Shown piece after piece: positions 24,856 to 32,000 of a stretch of 32,000 nucleotides of DNA. The position numbers and the translations under genes are program-made. The DNA is from Micrococcus luteus NCTC 2665 (GTDB lineage: Bacteria; Actinomycetota; Actinomycetes; Actinomycetales; Micrococcaceae), in NCBI RefSeq assembly GCF_000023205.1, contig NC_012803.1, positions 1,020,001 to 1,052,000 on the forward strand, written 5' to 3'. The stretch's first letter is position 1. Every line of letters begins with the position of its first letter. Below the pieces are notes generated by a model, which was given only the letters and a program-made list of their open reading frames with translations, made no database searches and was not told the origin of the DNA.

Positions 24856-26301
24856 TCAGCGGTGTTCGAGGTACGTCGTGCAGGTGGGCGAGACCGCGCG
24901 GTCCGGGTGGTGCAGGACGACGACGTCGCCCGCGGACCAGACCCGCTCGAAGCCGAGCCGCTTGGCGCGGGCCAGTGCCTGCTCCGGGGTGAGGGGGTCC
25001 CAGCCGCCGAGCTCGGGCACCGAGGTGTCCACGATCATCCAGGTGGCCAGTTCGTCTCCGATGTCCCCGTGCAGCCCGACGTGGGTGCGGGCCGTCAGGT
25101 GCGGCACGGCGTTGTCGGCGGCCTCGACGCACACCCCGTCCGGGATCAGCGCGACCGCGTGGTCGAGGTCGCGGGCGTGCTGCGTCGTCGTCATGTCGCC
25201 GACGATCGTGCGGTGCAGCGGGTACACCTGCGGGAAGAACGCGGTGCCGATCAGTCCGGCGGCCAGCGCCGTGGAGACGAGGACGGCGGGCAGTCGGCGC
25301 AGCGCGTCCCGGCGTCCGGCCAGCCGGTGGGCCGCCTCGAGCGCGGCCATGAGCAGCAGCGGGGCGAGGATCGCGTCATACTGGTAGACGGGGGCCCACA
25401 CGTTGAGCCGGTCGTTGAACAGCCGCGAGAGCAGGATCGGCAGGGCCATCAGCGTCAGCGGGCTCAGGACCGGCAGGAACAGCAGCGGGACGAAGTGCAG
25501 GAGCCAGAGGGCCACCTTCAGCGGGTGGTCGAACAGCACCGCGACGGCGTTCCACGGCTGGGTCAGCAGGAACAGGACCGAACTGCGCATGTCCGGGCCC
25601 AGGGCGGTGAACTGCCAGTAGCCGAACGCCCCGGTGGGGGAGTAGTGGGGGATCACCACGGACGTGGCGAACCAGTAGCCGAGCACACCCAGCACGGCGG
25701 TGACCGCGGCCTGCGGCCAGAAGCGCCGGATCGCCATCACCAGGGCCACGGCCAGCAGGGTCACGCCCATGTCCTCTCGGACCGTGAGCAGCAGCGCCGC
25801 CAGGCCGGTGGCGAGCCACGCCCGCTGCCCGTCCAGGGCCCACACGAGCCAGGCGAGGATCGGCACGCCGAGGGTGACCTCGTGGAAGTCCCAGTTCACC
25901 ATCGCCTGGAAGGGCCAGGAGAGCAGCAGGGCGGCGACGGCGGCCAGGGCCACCCCGTGTCCCGTGCGACGACGGGCGAACAGGTACACCGGCACGGCGG
26001 ACGCGGCGAGGGCCAGCGCCATGACCACGCCGAGCATGCGGGGGTCCGGCCACACCCAGTAGAAGGGGGCCAGCAGCGCGAGGATCGGGTGGAAGTGATC
26101 GCCGAGGATGTGGAAGTCCACGCCCTTGACGGAGCTGAGGGGGGCGTTGAACAGCGCGTACTGCCGCACCACCTGGTCGAAGATGCCCAGGTCGTAGCCC
26201 TTGGCCTCGTAGGTGGCGTACCGCAGGAAGGAGTGCGTCGCGTACAGGACCGCGGACGCGACGAGCAGGGCGGCCAGCTGGACGCCCTCGCGACGGGTCA
26301 C
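24856..26301 (-). CDS. DUF2079 domain membrane protein (predicted GT-C glycosyltransferase)
   Basis: YATYEAKGYDLGIFDQVVRQY...ILGDHFHPILALLAPFYWVWPDPRML matches the DUF2079 N-terminal signature. The protein is polytopic, with a soluble C-terminal domain. Confidence 0.7.
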   Translation of the reverse strand: MTRREGVQLAALLVASAVLYATHSFLRYATYEAKGYDLGIFDQVVRQYALFNAPLSSVKGVDFHILGDHFHPILALLAPFYWVWPDPRMLGVVMALALAASAVPVYLFARRRTGHGVALAAVAALLLSWPFQAMVNWDFHEVTLGVPILAWLVWALDGQRAWLATGLAALLLTVREDMGVTLLAVALVMAIRRFWPQAAVTAVLGVLGYWFATSVVIPHYSPTGAFGYWQFTALGPDMRSSVLFLLTQPWNAVAVLFDHPLKVALWLLHFVPLLFLPVLSPLTLMALPILLSRLFNDRLNVWAPVYQYDAILAPLLLMAALEAAHRLAGRRDALRRLPAVLVSTALAAGLIGTAFFPQVYPLHRTIVGDMTTTQHARDLDHAVALIPDGVCVEAADNAVPHLTARTHVGLHGDIGDELATWMIVDTSVPELGGWDPLTPEQALARAKRLGFERVWSAGDVVVLHHPDRAVSPTCTTYLEHR

Positions 26302-26414
26302 ACGGACCTCGGGGACGGCGGGTCGCGGGGCGCGGAGCCAGGAGCGCAGACGGTCCAGGACGGTCTCCTTCGGGCGGTCGTCGGGCGTGCTCGGACGGCT
26401 CCGCCCCTGGTCTG

Positions 26415-26490
26415 GGTGCCCCAGGAGGGATTCGAACCCCCGACCGGCGGATTAGAAGGCCGCTGCTCTGTCCAGCTGAGCTACTGGGGC
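26415..26490 (-). tRNA. tRNA-Arg (TCT anticodon); CCA not fully encoded
   Basis: Reverse complement is GCCCCAGTAGCTCAGCTGGACAGAGCAGCGGCCTTCTAATCCGCCGGTCGGGGGTTCGAATCCCTCCTGGGGCACC. The acceptor, D and T arms fold. The anticodon loop is CTTCTAA. There is one C/T mismatch at the base of the anticodon stem. Confidence 0.85.
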
Positions 26491-26501
26491 TGGGCCGTGT
26501 C

Positions 26502-26507
26502 AGTCTA
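26502..26507 (-). promoter_or_regulatory. candidate -10 hexamer (TAGACT) for tRNA-Arg
   Basis: The reverse complement of agtcta is TAGACT, 11 nt upstream of the mature tRNA 5-prime end. This is a hexamer match only. Confidence 0.3.
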
Positions 26508-26689
26508 ACGGCCGCCGGCCGCGGCGCCGTCGGCTCCTGCACAGTCGCCCGGGGACCTCCGCGCGTCCCCAGACCGGCCCCCGATCCTGCCGGGGCGCCC
26601 CGCGGTGGGGTTGTCTGGCCATGGCGGATCAGCCGATGCGCCGACGACCCGCCCCGGCGCCCACCGGGGCCCAGCCCAGGAGGCACACC

Positions 26690-27241
26690 ATGCAGGACCT
26701 CATCACCGTGCGCGGCTTCGTGGCCACGGACCCCGCCACCCGCCACACCGCATCGGGGGCCGCCGTGACCGGCTTCCGCCTGGCCACCACCGAGCGGCGC
26801 TTCGACCGCGAGACCGCCGAGTGGGTGGACGCCCACACCAACTGGTACAACATCTCGGCGTTCGGCCAGCTCGGCTCGAACACCGCCCAGTCCGTGAAGA
26901 AGGGCAACCCCGTGATCGTCACCGGTCGACTCCGGGTCCGCGACTGGTCCTCGGGCGAGCGCTCCGGCACGTCCGTGGACGTGGTGGCGGACGCCGTCGG
27001 GCTGGACCTGGGCTTCGGCTCGGCGGCATTCCAGCGCAGCCAGCGCGCGGCCGTGCCGCGCCCCGAGTCGGCCCCGCGCGACGACGACGCGTCGGGCGGG
27101 CCGGCCGGCGCGGTCGGAGACGGGTTCAGCGCGGGCCTGCCGGACGGGTTCCAGGGTGGCGACGCCCCGGCCTCGCCCGGCCCGGACGAGTCGAACGCGG
27201 GCGCCCCCGGGCGGGAGCCGGCGGCGGCCGGCGTCGCCTGA
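26690..27241 (+). CDS. single-stranded DNA-binding protein paralog (OB fold, no acidic C-terminal tip)
   Basis: ATG at 26690 preceded by AGGAGG. MQDLITVRGFVATDPATRHTASGAAVTGFRLATTERRFDRETAEWVDAHTNWYNISAFGQLGSNTAQSVKKGNPVIVTGRLRVRDW is an SSB OB-fold pattern. Its position next to ettA matches the mycobacterial Rv2478c/Rv2477c arrangement. Confidence 0.8.
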   Translation: MQDLITVRGFVATDPATRHTASGAAVTGFRLATTERRFDRETAEWVDAHTNWYNISAFGQLGSNTAQSVKKGNPVIVTGRLRVRDWSSGERSGTSVDVVADAVGLDLGFGSAAFQRSQRAAVPRPESAPRDDDASGGPAGAVGDGFSAGLPDGFQGGDAPASPGPDESNAGAPGREPAAAGVA

Positions 27242-27339
27242 CCACGGGGCGGCACGGAGCACGGAGGGGGAGCGGGCTCGGTGGTCGCGGGATCGGCACG
27301 ATGAGTGGAATCCCGCGGCCACCGACTAGCCTGGGCCGC

Positions 27340-29022
27340 ATGGCGGAATTCATCTACACGATGGTCAAGGCCCGCAAGAAGGTGGGCGACAAACTGATCC
27401 TGGACGACGTCACCATGTCGTTCTACCCCGGGGCGAAGATCGGCATGGTCGGCCCCAACGGCGCCGGCAAGTCGACGATCCTGAAGATCATGGCCGGGCT
27501 GGACGAGCCCTCGAACGGCGAGGCGCGGCTCTCTCCCGGCTACTCGGTGGGCATCCTGATGCAGGAGCCCAAGCTGGACGAGTCCAAGACCGTGCTCGAG
27601 AACGTCCAGGAGGGCGTCGGCGAGATCTACGGCAAGATCCAGCGCTACAACCAGATCTCCGAGGAGATGGCGAACCCGGACGCGGACTTCGACGCCCTCA
27701 TGGAGGAGATGGGCGAGCTGCAGTCCGCCATCGACGCCGCGGACGCGTGGGACATCGACTCCCAGCTCGAGCAGGCGATGGACGCCCTGCGCACGCCCCC
27801 GGGGGACGAGCCGGTCACGAACCTCTCCGGCGGCGAGAAGCGGCGCGTCGCACTGTGCAAGCTGCTGCTGGAGAAGCCCGACCTGCTCCTGCTCGACGAG
27901 CCCACCAACCACCTGGACGCCGAGTCCGTGCTGTGGCTCGAGCAGCACCTGGCCTCCTACCCGGGCGCCGTCATCGCCGTCACCCACGACCGGTACTTCC
28001 TCGACCACGTCGCGGAGTGGATCGCGGAGGTCGACCGCGGCCGCCTCTACCCGTACGAGGGCAACTACTCCACCTACCTGGAGACCAAGCGCGCCCGCCT
28101 CGAGGTGCAGGGCAGGAAGGACGCCAAGCTCGCCAAGCGCCTGACCGAGGAGCTCGACTGGGTCCGCTCCAACACGAAGGGCCGCCAGGCGAAGTCCAAG
28201 GCCCGCCTGGCCCGCTACGAGGAGATGGCGGCCGAGGCCGAGAAGACCCGCAAGCTGGACTTCGAGGAGATCCAGATCCCGCCGGGCCCGCGCCTGGGCA
28301 CCGTCGTGATCGAGGCCAAGGACCTGAAGAAGGGCTTCGGGGACCGCGTCCTCATCGACGGCCTGTCCTTCTCCCTGCCCCGCAACGGCATCGTCGGCGT
28401 GATCGGCCCGAACGGCGTCGGCAAGACCACCCTGTTCAAGACCATCGTCGGCCTCGAGCCCCTGGACGGCGGTGAGCTGAAGATCGGCGAGACCGTGAAG
28501 ATCTCGTACGTGGACCAGTCCCGCTCCAACATCGACCCCGAGAAGTCGCTGTGGGAGGTCGTCTCGGACGGCCTGGACTACATCAAGGTCGGCAACGTCG
28601 AGATGCCCTCGCGCGCCTACGTGTCCGCGTTCGGCTTCAAGGGCCCGGACCAGCAGAAGAAGGCCGGCGTGCTCTCCGGCGGTGAGCGCAACCGCCTGAA
28701 CCTGGCCCTGACCCTCAAGGAGGGCGGCAACCTGCTGCTCCTCGACGAGCCCACCAACGACCTCGACGTGGAGACCCTGACCTCCCTCGAGAACGCGCTG
28801 CTCGAGTTCCCGGGCTGCGCGGTCGTCGTCTCGCACGACCGCTGGTTCCTGGACCGCGTCGCCACCCACATGCTGGCCTACGAGGGCACTGCGGAGGACC
28901 CGGCCAACTGGTACTGGTACGAGGGCAACTTCGAGTCCTACGAGGCCAACAAGGTCGATCGGCTCGGCCCCGAGGCCGCCCGCCCGCACCGCATGACGCA
29001 CCGCAAGCTCACGCGCGACTGA
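27340..29022 (+). CDS. ettA: energy-dependent translational throttle protein EttA (ABC-F ATPase)
   Basis: MAEFIYTMVKARKKVGDKLILDDVTMSFYPGAKIGMVGPNGAGKSTILKIMAGLD is near-colinear with the E. coli EttA N-terminus. There are two Walker A motifs, two LSGGE signatures and two LLLDEPTN Walker B motifs. Confidence 0.93.
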   Translation: MAEFIYTMVKARKKVGDKLILDDVTMSFYPGAKIGMVGPNGAGKSTILKIMAGLDEPSNGEARLSPGYSVGILMQEPKLDESKTVLENVQEGVGEIYGKIQRYNQISEEMANPDADFDALMEEMGELQSAIDAADAWDIDSQLEQAMDALRTPPGDEPVTNLSGGEKRRVALCKLLLEKPDLLLLDEPTNHLDAESVLWLEQHLASYPGAVIAVTHDRYFLDHVAEWIAEVDRGRLYPYEGNYSTYLETKRARLEVQGRKDAKLAKRLTEELDWVRSNTKGRQAKSKARLARYEEMAAEAEKTRKLDFEEIQIPPGPRLGTVVIEAKDLKKGFGDRVLIDGLSFSLPRNGIVGVIGPNGVGKTTLFKTIVGLEPLDGGELKIGETVKISYVDQSRSNIDPEKSLWEVVSDGLDYIKVGNVEMPSRAYVSAFGFKGPDQQKKAGVLSGGERNRLNLALTLKEGGNLLLLDEPTNDLDVETLTSLENALLEFPGCAVVVSHDRWFLDRVATHMLAYEGTAEDPANWYWYEGNFESYEANKVDRLGPEAARPHRMTHRKLTRD

Positions 29023-29047
29023 GCCGACGCGCCCCCGGGCGCCGCGC

Positions 29048-29093
29048 CGACGACGGCCCGCCGCGATCACGTGATCGCGACGGGCCGTCGTCG
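29048..29093. terminator. 46-nt near-perfect palindrome between convergent ettA and tesB
   Basis: cgacgacggcccg c cgcgatcac gtgatcgcg a cgggccgtcgtcg has a single central-arm mismatch (29061/29080). It is followed by tgtcgggg. Confidence 0.55.
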
Positions 29094-29208
29094 TGTCGGG
29101 GCGGGGTCCACGTCGACCACGACGAACGGTGCGCGCGGCGCGGACGGCGAGCCGCCTCACCCATGGCAGGGCCCGATCGGCAGCCTCACCCCCTGCGGAA
29201 CCGCCGGG

Positions 29209-30228
29209 TCAGCGCCGCCAGCTGCGGCGCAGCACCGTCCGCAGGGCCATGCGCTGGGCCGCGCCCCGGGCCCGCGCCCGCCGGGCGGCGGCCCCCTCGG
29301 GCAGGCGGATCATGCCCTCCTGGGCGACCGTGGCCACGAGCGTCCCGTCCTCGGTGAACACGGCGCCCGTGCCGAGGCCGCGCGCGCCCTGGGCGCTGGG
29401 GGAGTCCTGGACGTAGAGCAGCCACTGGTCGACGCGGGCGGGCCGGTGGAACCACATCGCGTGGTCGAGGGAGGCCACGGACATGCCGGGCTGGATCCAG
29501 GCGACGCCGTGCTGCCGCAGGATCGGCTCGAGGAGCGTGTAGTCCGAGGCGTAGGTGAGCGCCGCCAGGTGCAGCGCGGGGTCGTCCGCCAGGGGCGTGA
29601 AGGTCTTCATCCACACCATGTTGCAGTTCTCGGTCTCGGCGGCCGGCTCCACATAGATGGCCGGGGTGACGTGGCGGATGTCGAACGGCCGGGACCAGGC
29701 CCACTCCTGGGCCACGGGGTGGTTGATGGCGCCCAGCACGTCCGCCGTCGTGGGCAGGTCCTCGGGCCGGGGCACTCCCTCCGGCATGGCCACCTGGTGG
29801 TCCAGCGCGCTGCCGGCGGGCTCCTGGAAGGAGCAGGTCAGGGCGAGGATGGCCTTCTCTTTCTGGGAGGCCAGCACCCGGCGGACGGAGAAGGAGCGGC
29901 CGTCCCGCAGCGTCTCGACGGTGAACGTGATGGGCTGCAGCGCGTCCCCGGGGCGGATGAAGTAGCCGTGGAGCGAGTGGGCGGAACGGGCGGCCGGCAC
30001 CGTGCGGGAGGCGGCCGCCAGCGCCTGGGCGAGCACCTGGCCGCCGAACACCCGGCCGTGCGTCTGCCGGGGGGTCGTGCCCGTGAAGCGGACCTGACCC
30101 GTCACCGGGTCCGGCGCGGCCGGCGTCAGCTCCAGGATCCCGCGCAGCGTTTCGGTGGGGTCCTTCGGGGCCGAGGCCGGGCGGACCGGTGCGTGACCGG
30201 GGCGGGGACGGGGATGGCGCTGCGGCAC
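29209..30228 (-). CDS. tesB: acyl-CoA thioesterase II
   Basis: HGRVFGGQVLAQALAAA, LHGYFIRPGD, TVETLRDGRSFSVRRV and SLDHAMWFHRP are double-hotdog TesB motifs. I chose GTG at 30228 as the start. The rest of track ORF 29209..30903 is antisense to the next gene. The C-terminus carries an Arg-rich extension of about 30 aa. Confidence 0.8.
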   Translation of the reverse strand: MPQRHPRPRPGHAPVRPASAPKDPTETLRGILELTPAAPDPVTGQVRFTGTTPRQTHGRVFGGQVLAQALAAASRTVPAARSAHSLHGYFIRPGDALQPITFTVETLRDGRSFSVRRVLASQKEKAILALTCSFQEPAGSALDHQVAMPEGVPRPEDLPTTADVLGAINHPVAQEWAWSRPFDIRHVTPAIYVEPAAETENCNMVWMKTFTPLADDPALHLAALTYASDYTLLEPILRQHGVAWIQPGMSVASLDHAMWFHRPARVDQWLLYVQDSPSAQGARGLGTGAVFTEDGTLVATVAQEGMIRLPEGAAARRARARGAAQRMALRTVLRRSWRR

Positions 30229-30306
30229 GAACGGCTCTCCTTCGACATGGATGGACCCGCGACGGCGGGGCGGCCCGGGACGCGACGGACCTGGGACAAT
30301 GCTTGC

Positions 30307-31017
30307 ATGACCGAGCACCCCGCCGCCGCCCCCGTCCTCCGCTTCGTCGACGACCGCGCTGTGCGGGACCTCGAGCAGCTGGCCACTCGCGCCCGTCGCG
30401 TCGCCGACACGGGCATGCGCCTGCACGTCGTGCCTGAGGCGGGGCGCTCCCGCACCCCGATGCTCGCCCAGTGGGTCTCCGTGCTGCAGCCGGCCGGGCT
30501 CGGAGACGGGGTGCCCGTGGTCCTGGGGCTGCGCACCGTCCCCCTGGCGACCGCCGACGGCGTGGCGGACCTGGACGCCGTCGTCGCCCTGGGCTCCGTC
30601 ACCGAGCGCACCGCCCGGATGCGCGGCCAGGACCCCGTCGACCTGGCGTTCGCCGTGCCGCCGGGCCGCGAGCACGTCACCTGGACCGCGCTGACCCCGC
30701 CCCGCGGCGGCTGGACGCCCGTGGCCGAGGTCGCCGACGAGGAGCTGGCCGAGGTGGCCACGCGCGGCGCCGACGCCGTGCGGGACGCCCTGCCCGAGAA
30801 CCCGGGGGAGGCGCTTGTCCGCAGGGTCCGGGCGCAGATGTGGGGACCCCTGCTCGGGGGCGAGGCGCTGCAGTTCCCGGCCGGCATGGCCTTCGGCGCG
30901 CACGCGCTGGGCTTCCTGCGGCCGGGCGGCCGTGCCCGGCTCAGCACGGCGGGGCCGTGGACGCGCCTGGACACCCCCGGCGGCTTCGTGCTGGGCCGCC
31001 CCGCCATGGCGGTGTGA
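30307..31017 (+). CDS. hypothetical protein (conserved-looking, no family recognised)
   Basis: In-frame ATG at 30307 within track ORF 29071..31017 (MTEHPAAAPVLRFVDDRAVRDLEQLA). Codon use is strongly GC3-biased. The gene is divergent from tesB. Confidence 0.5.
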   Translation: MTEHPAAAPVLRFVDDRAVRDLEQLATRARRVADTGMRLHVVPEAGRSRTPMLAQWVSVLQPAGLGDGVPVVLGLRTVPLATADGVADLDAVVALGSVTERTARMRGQDPVDLAFAVPPGREHVTWTALTPPRGGWTPVAEVADEELAEVATRGADAVRDALPENPGEALVRRVRAQMWGPLLGGEALQFPAGMAFGAHALGFLRPGGRARLSTAGPWTRLDTPGGFVLGRPAMAV

Positions 31018-31054
31018 GCCCGCGCCCCCTGTCGGGGCGCGGACCGCGGGCCGG

Positions 31055-32000
31055 TCAGGCCGAGTTCTGCAGGGAGTGGGCGGCCCGCTCCAGGTAGTCC
31101 CAGAGTTCAGCCTCGTGCAGCGGTGACAGCTCCAGCGTGTCGACGGCGGCGCGCATGTGCCGCAGCCATGCGTCGCGCGCGGCCGGATCGATCCGGTACG
31201 GGGCGTGGCGCATGCGCAGGCGGGGGTGGCCGCGCTCCTCGGAGTACGTCCGCGGTCCGCCCCAGTACTGCTCCAGGAACATGAGCAGCCGGCGCTGGGC
31301 GCCCTCGAAGTCGTCCTGCGGATACATCGGGGCGAGGATCTCGTCCTCGCGCACGCGGGCGTAGAACTCCGCGGTCAGCCGGTCGAACGTCGGGCGGCCG
31401 CCGACGGCGTCGTAGAAGCTGGTGGCCTGACCGGGCGCGGTCGGGGCTCCCGGGGTCGCGCCGGCAGGGCCCGCCGCGGCGTCGCGGGCGCGCACCTGGT
31501 CCACCGGGGCGGGGGTGCCCTCCTGCATCACCGGCTCGACCTCGGTGGGCCGCTCCGCCAGGCCCGTCACACGGGACGGGCCCTTGGCGACGCGCGGCCG
31601 CAGCACCGCCAGGGGGGCGCCCAGGCGCGCGGAGTGGTCCGGCAGCGTCGGCGTGCCGGTGGGCGGGGCCTCGGGGCGGACCGGCTCGACGACGACCGGG
31701 GCCGAGAGCGAGTTCGCGATGAAGCACAGCCGGTGCGCCTCGGCGTGGAGGGCCTCGGCCCGCTCCCGGTCGGCCTCGTCCTGCAGCGTGACCTCGGGCC
31801 GCAGCGTGATCGCGGTGAACCGCCCGGCGGCGTCGCCGTCCACCTCGAGCTCGCCCTCCACCCCGCACGTCATCCCCGTGACCACGATGCCGGAGGTCGC
31901 CGCGACATGGAGGTACGAGAGCACGTGACACTCGGCGAGCGCGCCGAGCAGGAGGGTCTCCGGGTTCCACTTCGAGTCGTCGCCGCGGAAGGGGCGGGCG
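31055..32000 (-). CDS. OsmC/Ohr-like domain fused to a group II truncated hemoglobin (trHbO); 5-prime end lies beyond the window
   Basis: The frame stays open upstream of the track start. My translation of 31925-32000 gives [25 protein letters not shown], running into [15 protein letters not shown]...LRPEVTL...[11 protein letters not shown] (OsmC fold). A Pro/Ala linker of about 95 aa follows. Then comes [34 protein letters not shown]...[30 protein letters not shown] (trHbO). No in-frame stop separates the two domains. Confidence 0.75.
   Translation of the reverse strand, partial: ARPFRGDDSKWNPETLLLGALAECHVLSYLHVAATSGIVVTGMTCGVEGELEVDGDAAGRFTAITLRPEVTLQDEADRERAEALHAEAHRLCFIANSLSAPVVVEPVRPEAPPTGTPTLPDHSARLGAPLAVLRPRVAKGPSRVTGLAERPTEVEPVMQEGTPAPVDQVRARDAAAGPAGATPGAPTAPGQATSFYDAVGGRPTFDRLTAEFYARVREDEILAPMYPQDDFEGAQRRLLMFLEQYWGGPRTYSEERGHPRLRMRHAPYRIDPAARDAWLRHMRAAVDTLELSPLHEAELWDYLERAAHSLQNSA

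Noticed and set aside
24844-26508. 554-aa plus-strand ORF
   Set aside because: It is antisense to the DUF2079 membrane protein, and it reads through the tRNA-Arg gene. Its charged, low-complexity translation contrasts with the clean polytopic protein on the minus strand.
26629-29160. 843-aa minus-strand ORF
   Set aside because: It is antisense to the SSB paralog and ettA, both of which carry unmistakable motifs on the plus strand. Its sequence is low-complexity and Arg/Gly/Ala/Val-rich. This is a shadow ORF.
30229-30903. Upstream 225 codons of the 564-aa ORF containing tesB
   Set aside because: TesB homology begins only near 30228. The upstream part is low-complexity and lies antisense to the GC3-biased plus-strand ORF 30307..31017.
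1-32000. CRISPR arrays, IS elements/transposases, rRNA genes
   Set aside because: No regularly spaced direct repeats were visible. No transposase-like ORFs or terminal inverted repeats were found. No rRNA-like conserved stretches were seen. The only mobile-element signature is the tRNA-His integrase islet.

Overview
Very GC-rich actinobacterial chromosome segment. Third codon positions are almost all G/C. Gene content and synteny suggest Micrococcales, possibly Micrococcus or Kocuria, but I cannot verify this without a search. Most of the window is core housekeeping: cysE-cysK, msrA, the NIF3 / zinc-ribbon / RNase H cluster, yaaA, RNase P RNA, a long-form GAPDH, a DapA-family aldolase, def, a Crp/Fnr + CopZ + P1B-ATPase metal module, an MhuD-like monooxygenase, orn + tRNA-His, four GT-C membrane glycosyltransferases, tRNA-Arg, an SSB paralog, ettA, tesB and an OsmC-truncated-hemoglobin fusion. 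The exception is a roughly 5.6-kb stretch (about 13580-19169) with visibly lower GC. It sits at the 3-prime end of tRNA-His and ends in a tyrosine integrase. Its cargo is an XRE-like HTH gene translationally coupled to a TcmP (three-Cys-motif partner) gene. TcmP converges on, and overlaps by 29 bp, a Gp37/Gp68 (PF07505/DUF5131) three-Cys gene. A perfect actinobacterial LexA box (TCGAAC-N4-GTTCGA) lies 35 nt upstream of the Gp37/Gp68 start. An ImmA/IrrE-like HExxH peptidase, a single-pass membrane protein and a DUF3263-like protein follow. I rate this apparently SOS-wired, biochemically uncharacterised two-enzyme module as the best candidate for an undescribed system. Secondary items are two unusual domain fusions (RNase H-VOC, OsmC-trHbO), a translationally coupled GT-C trio, and a P1B-ATPase with CPG in place of CPC. 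All family calls come from reading motifs by eye. Gene starts and RNA ends are approximate. The six-frame track is full of high-GC shadow ORFs, which I rejected.
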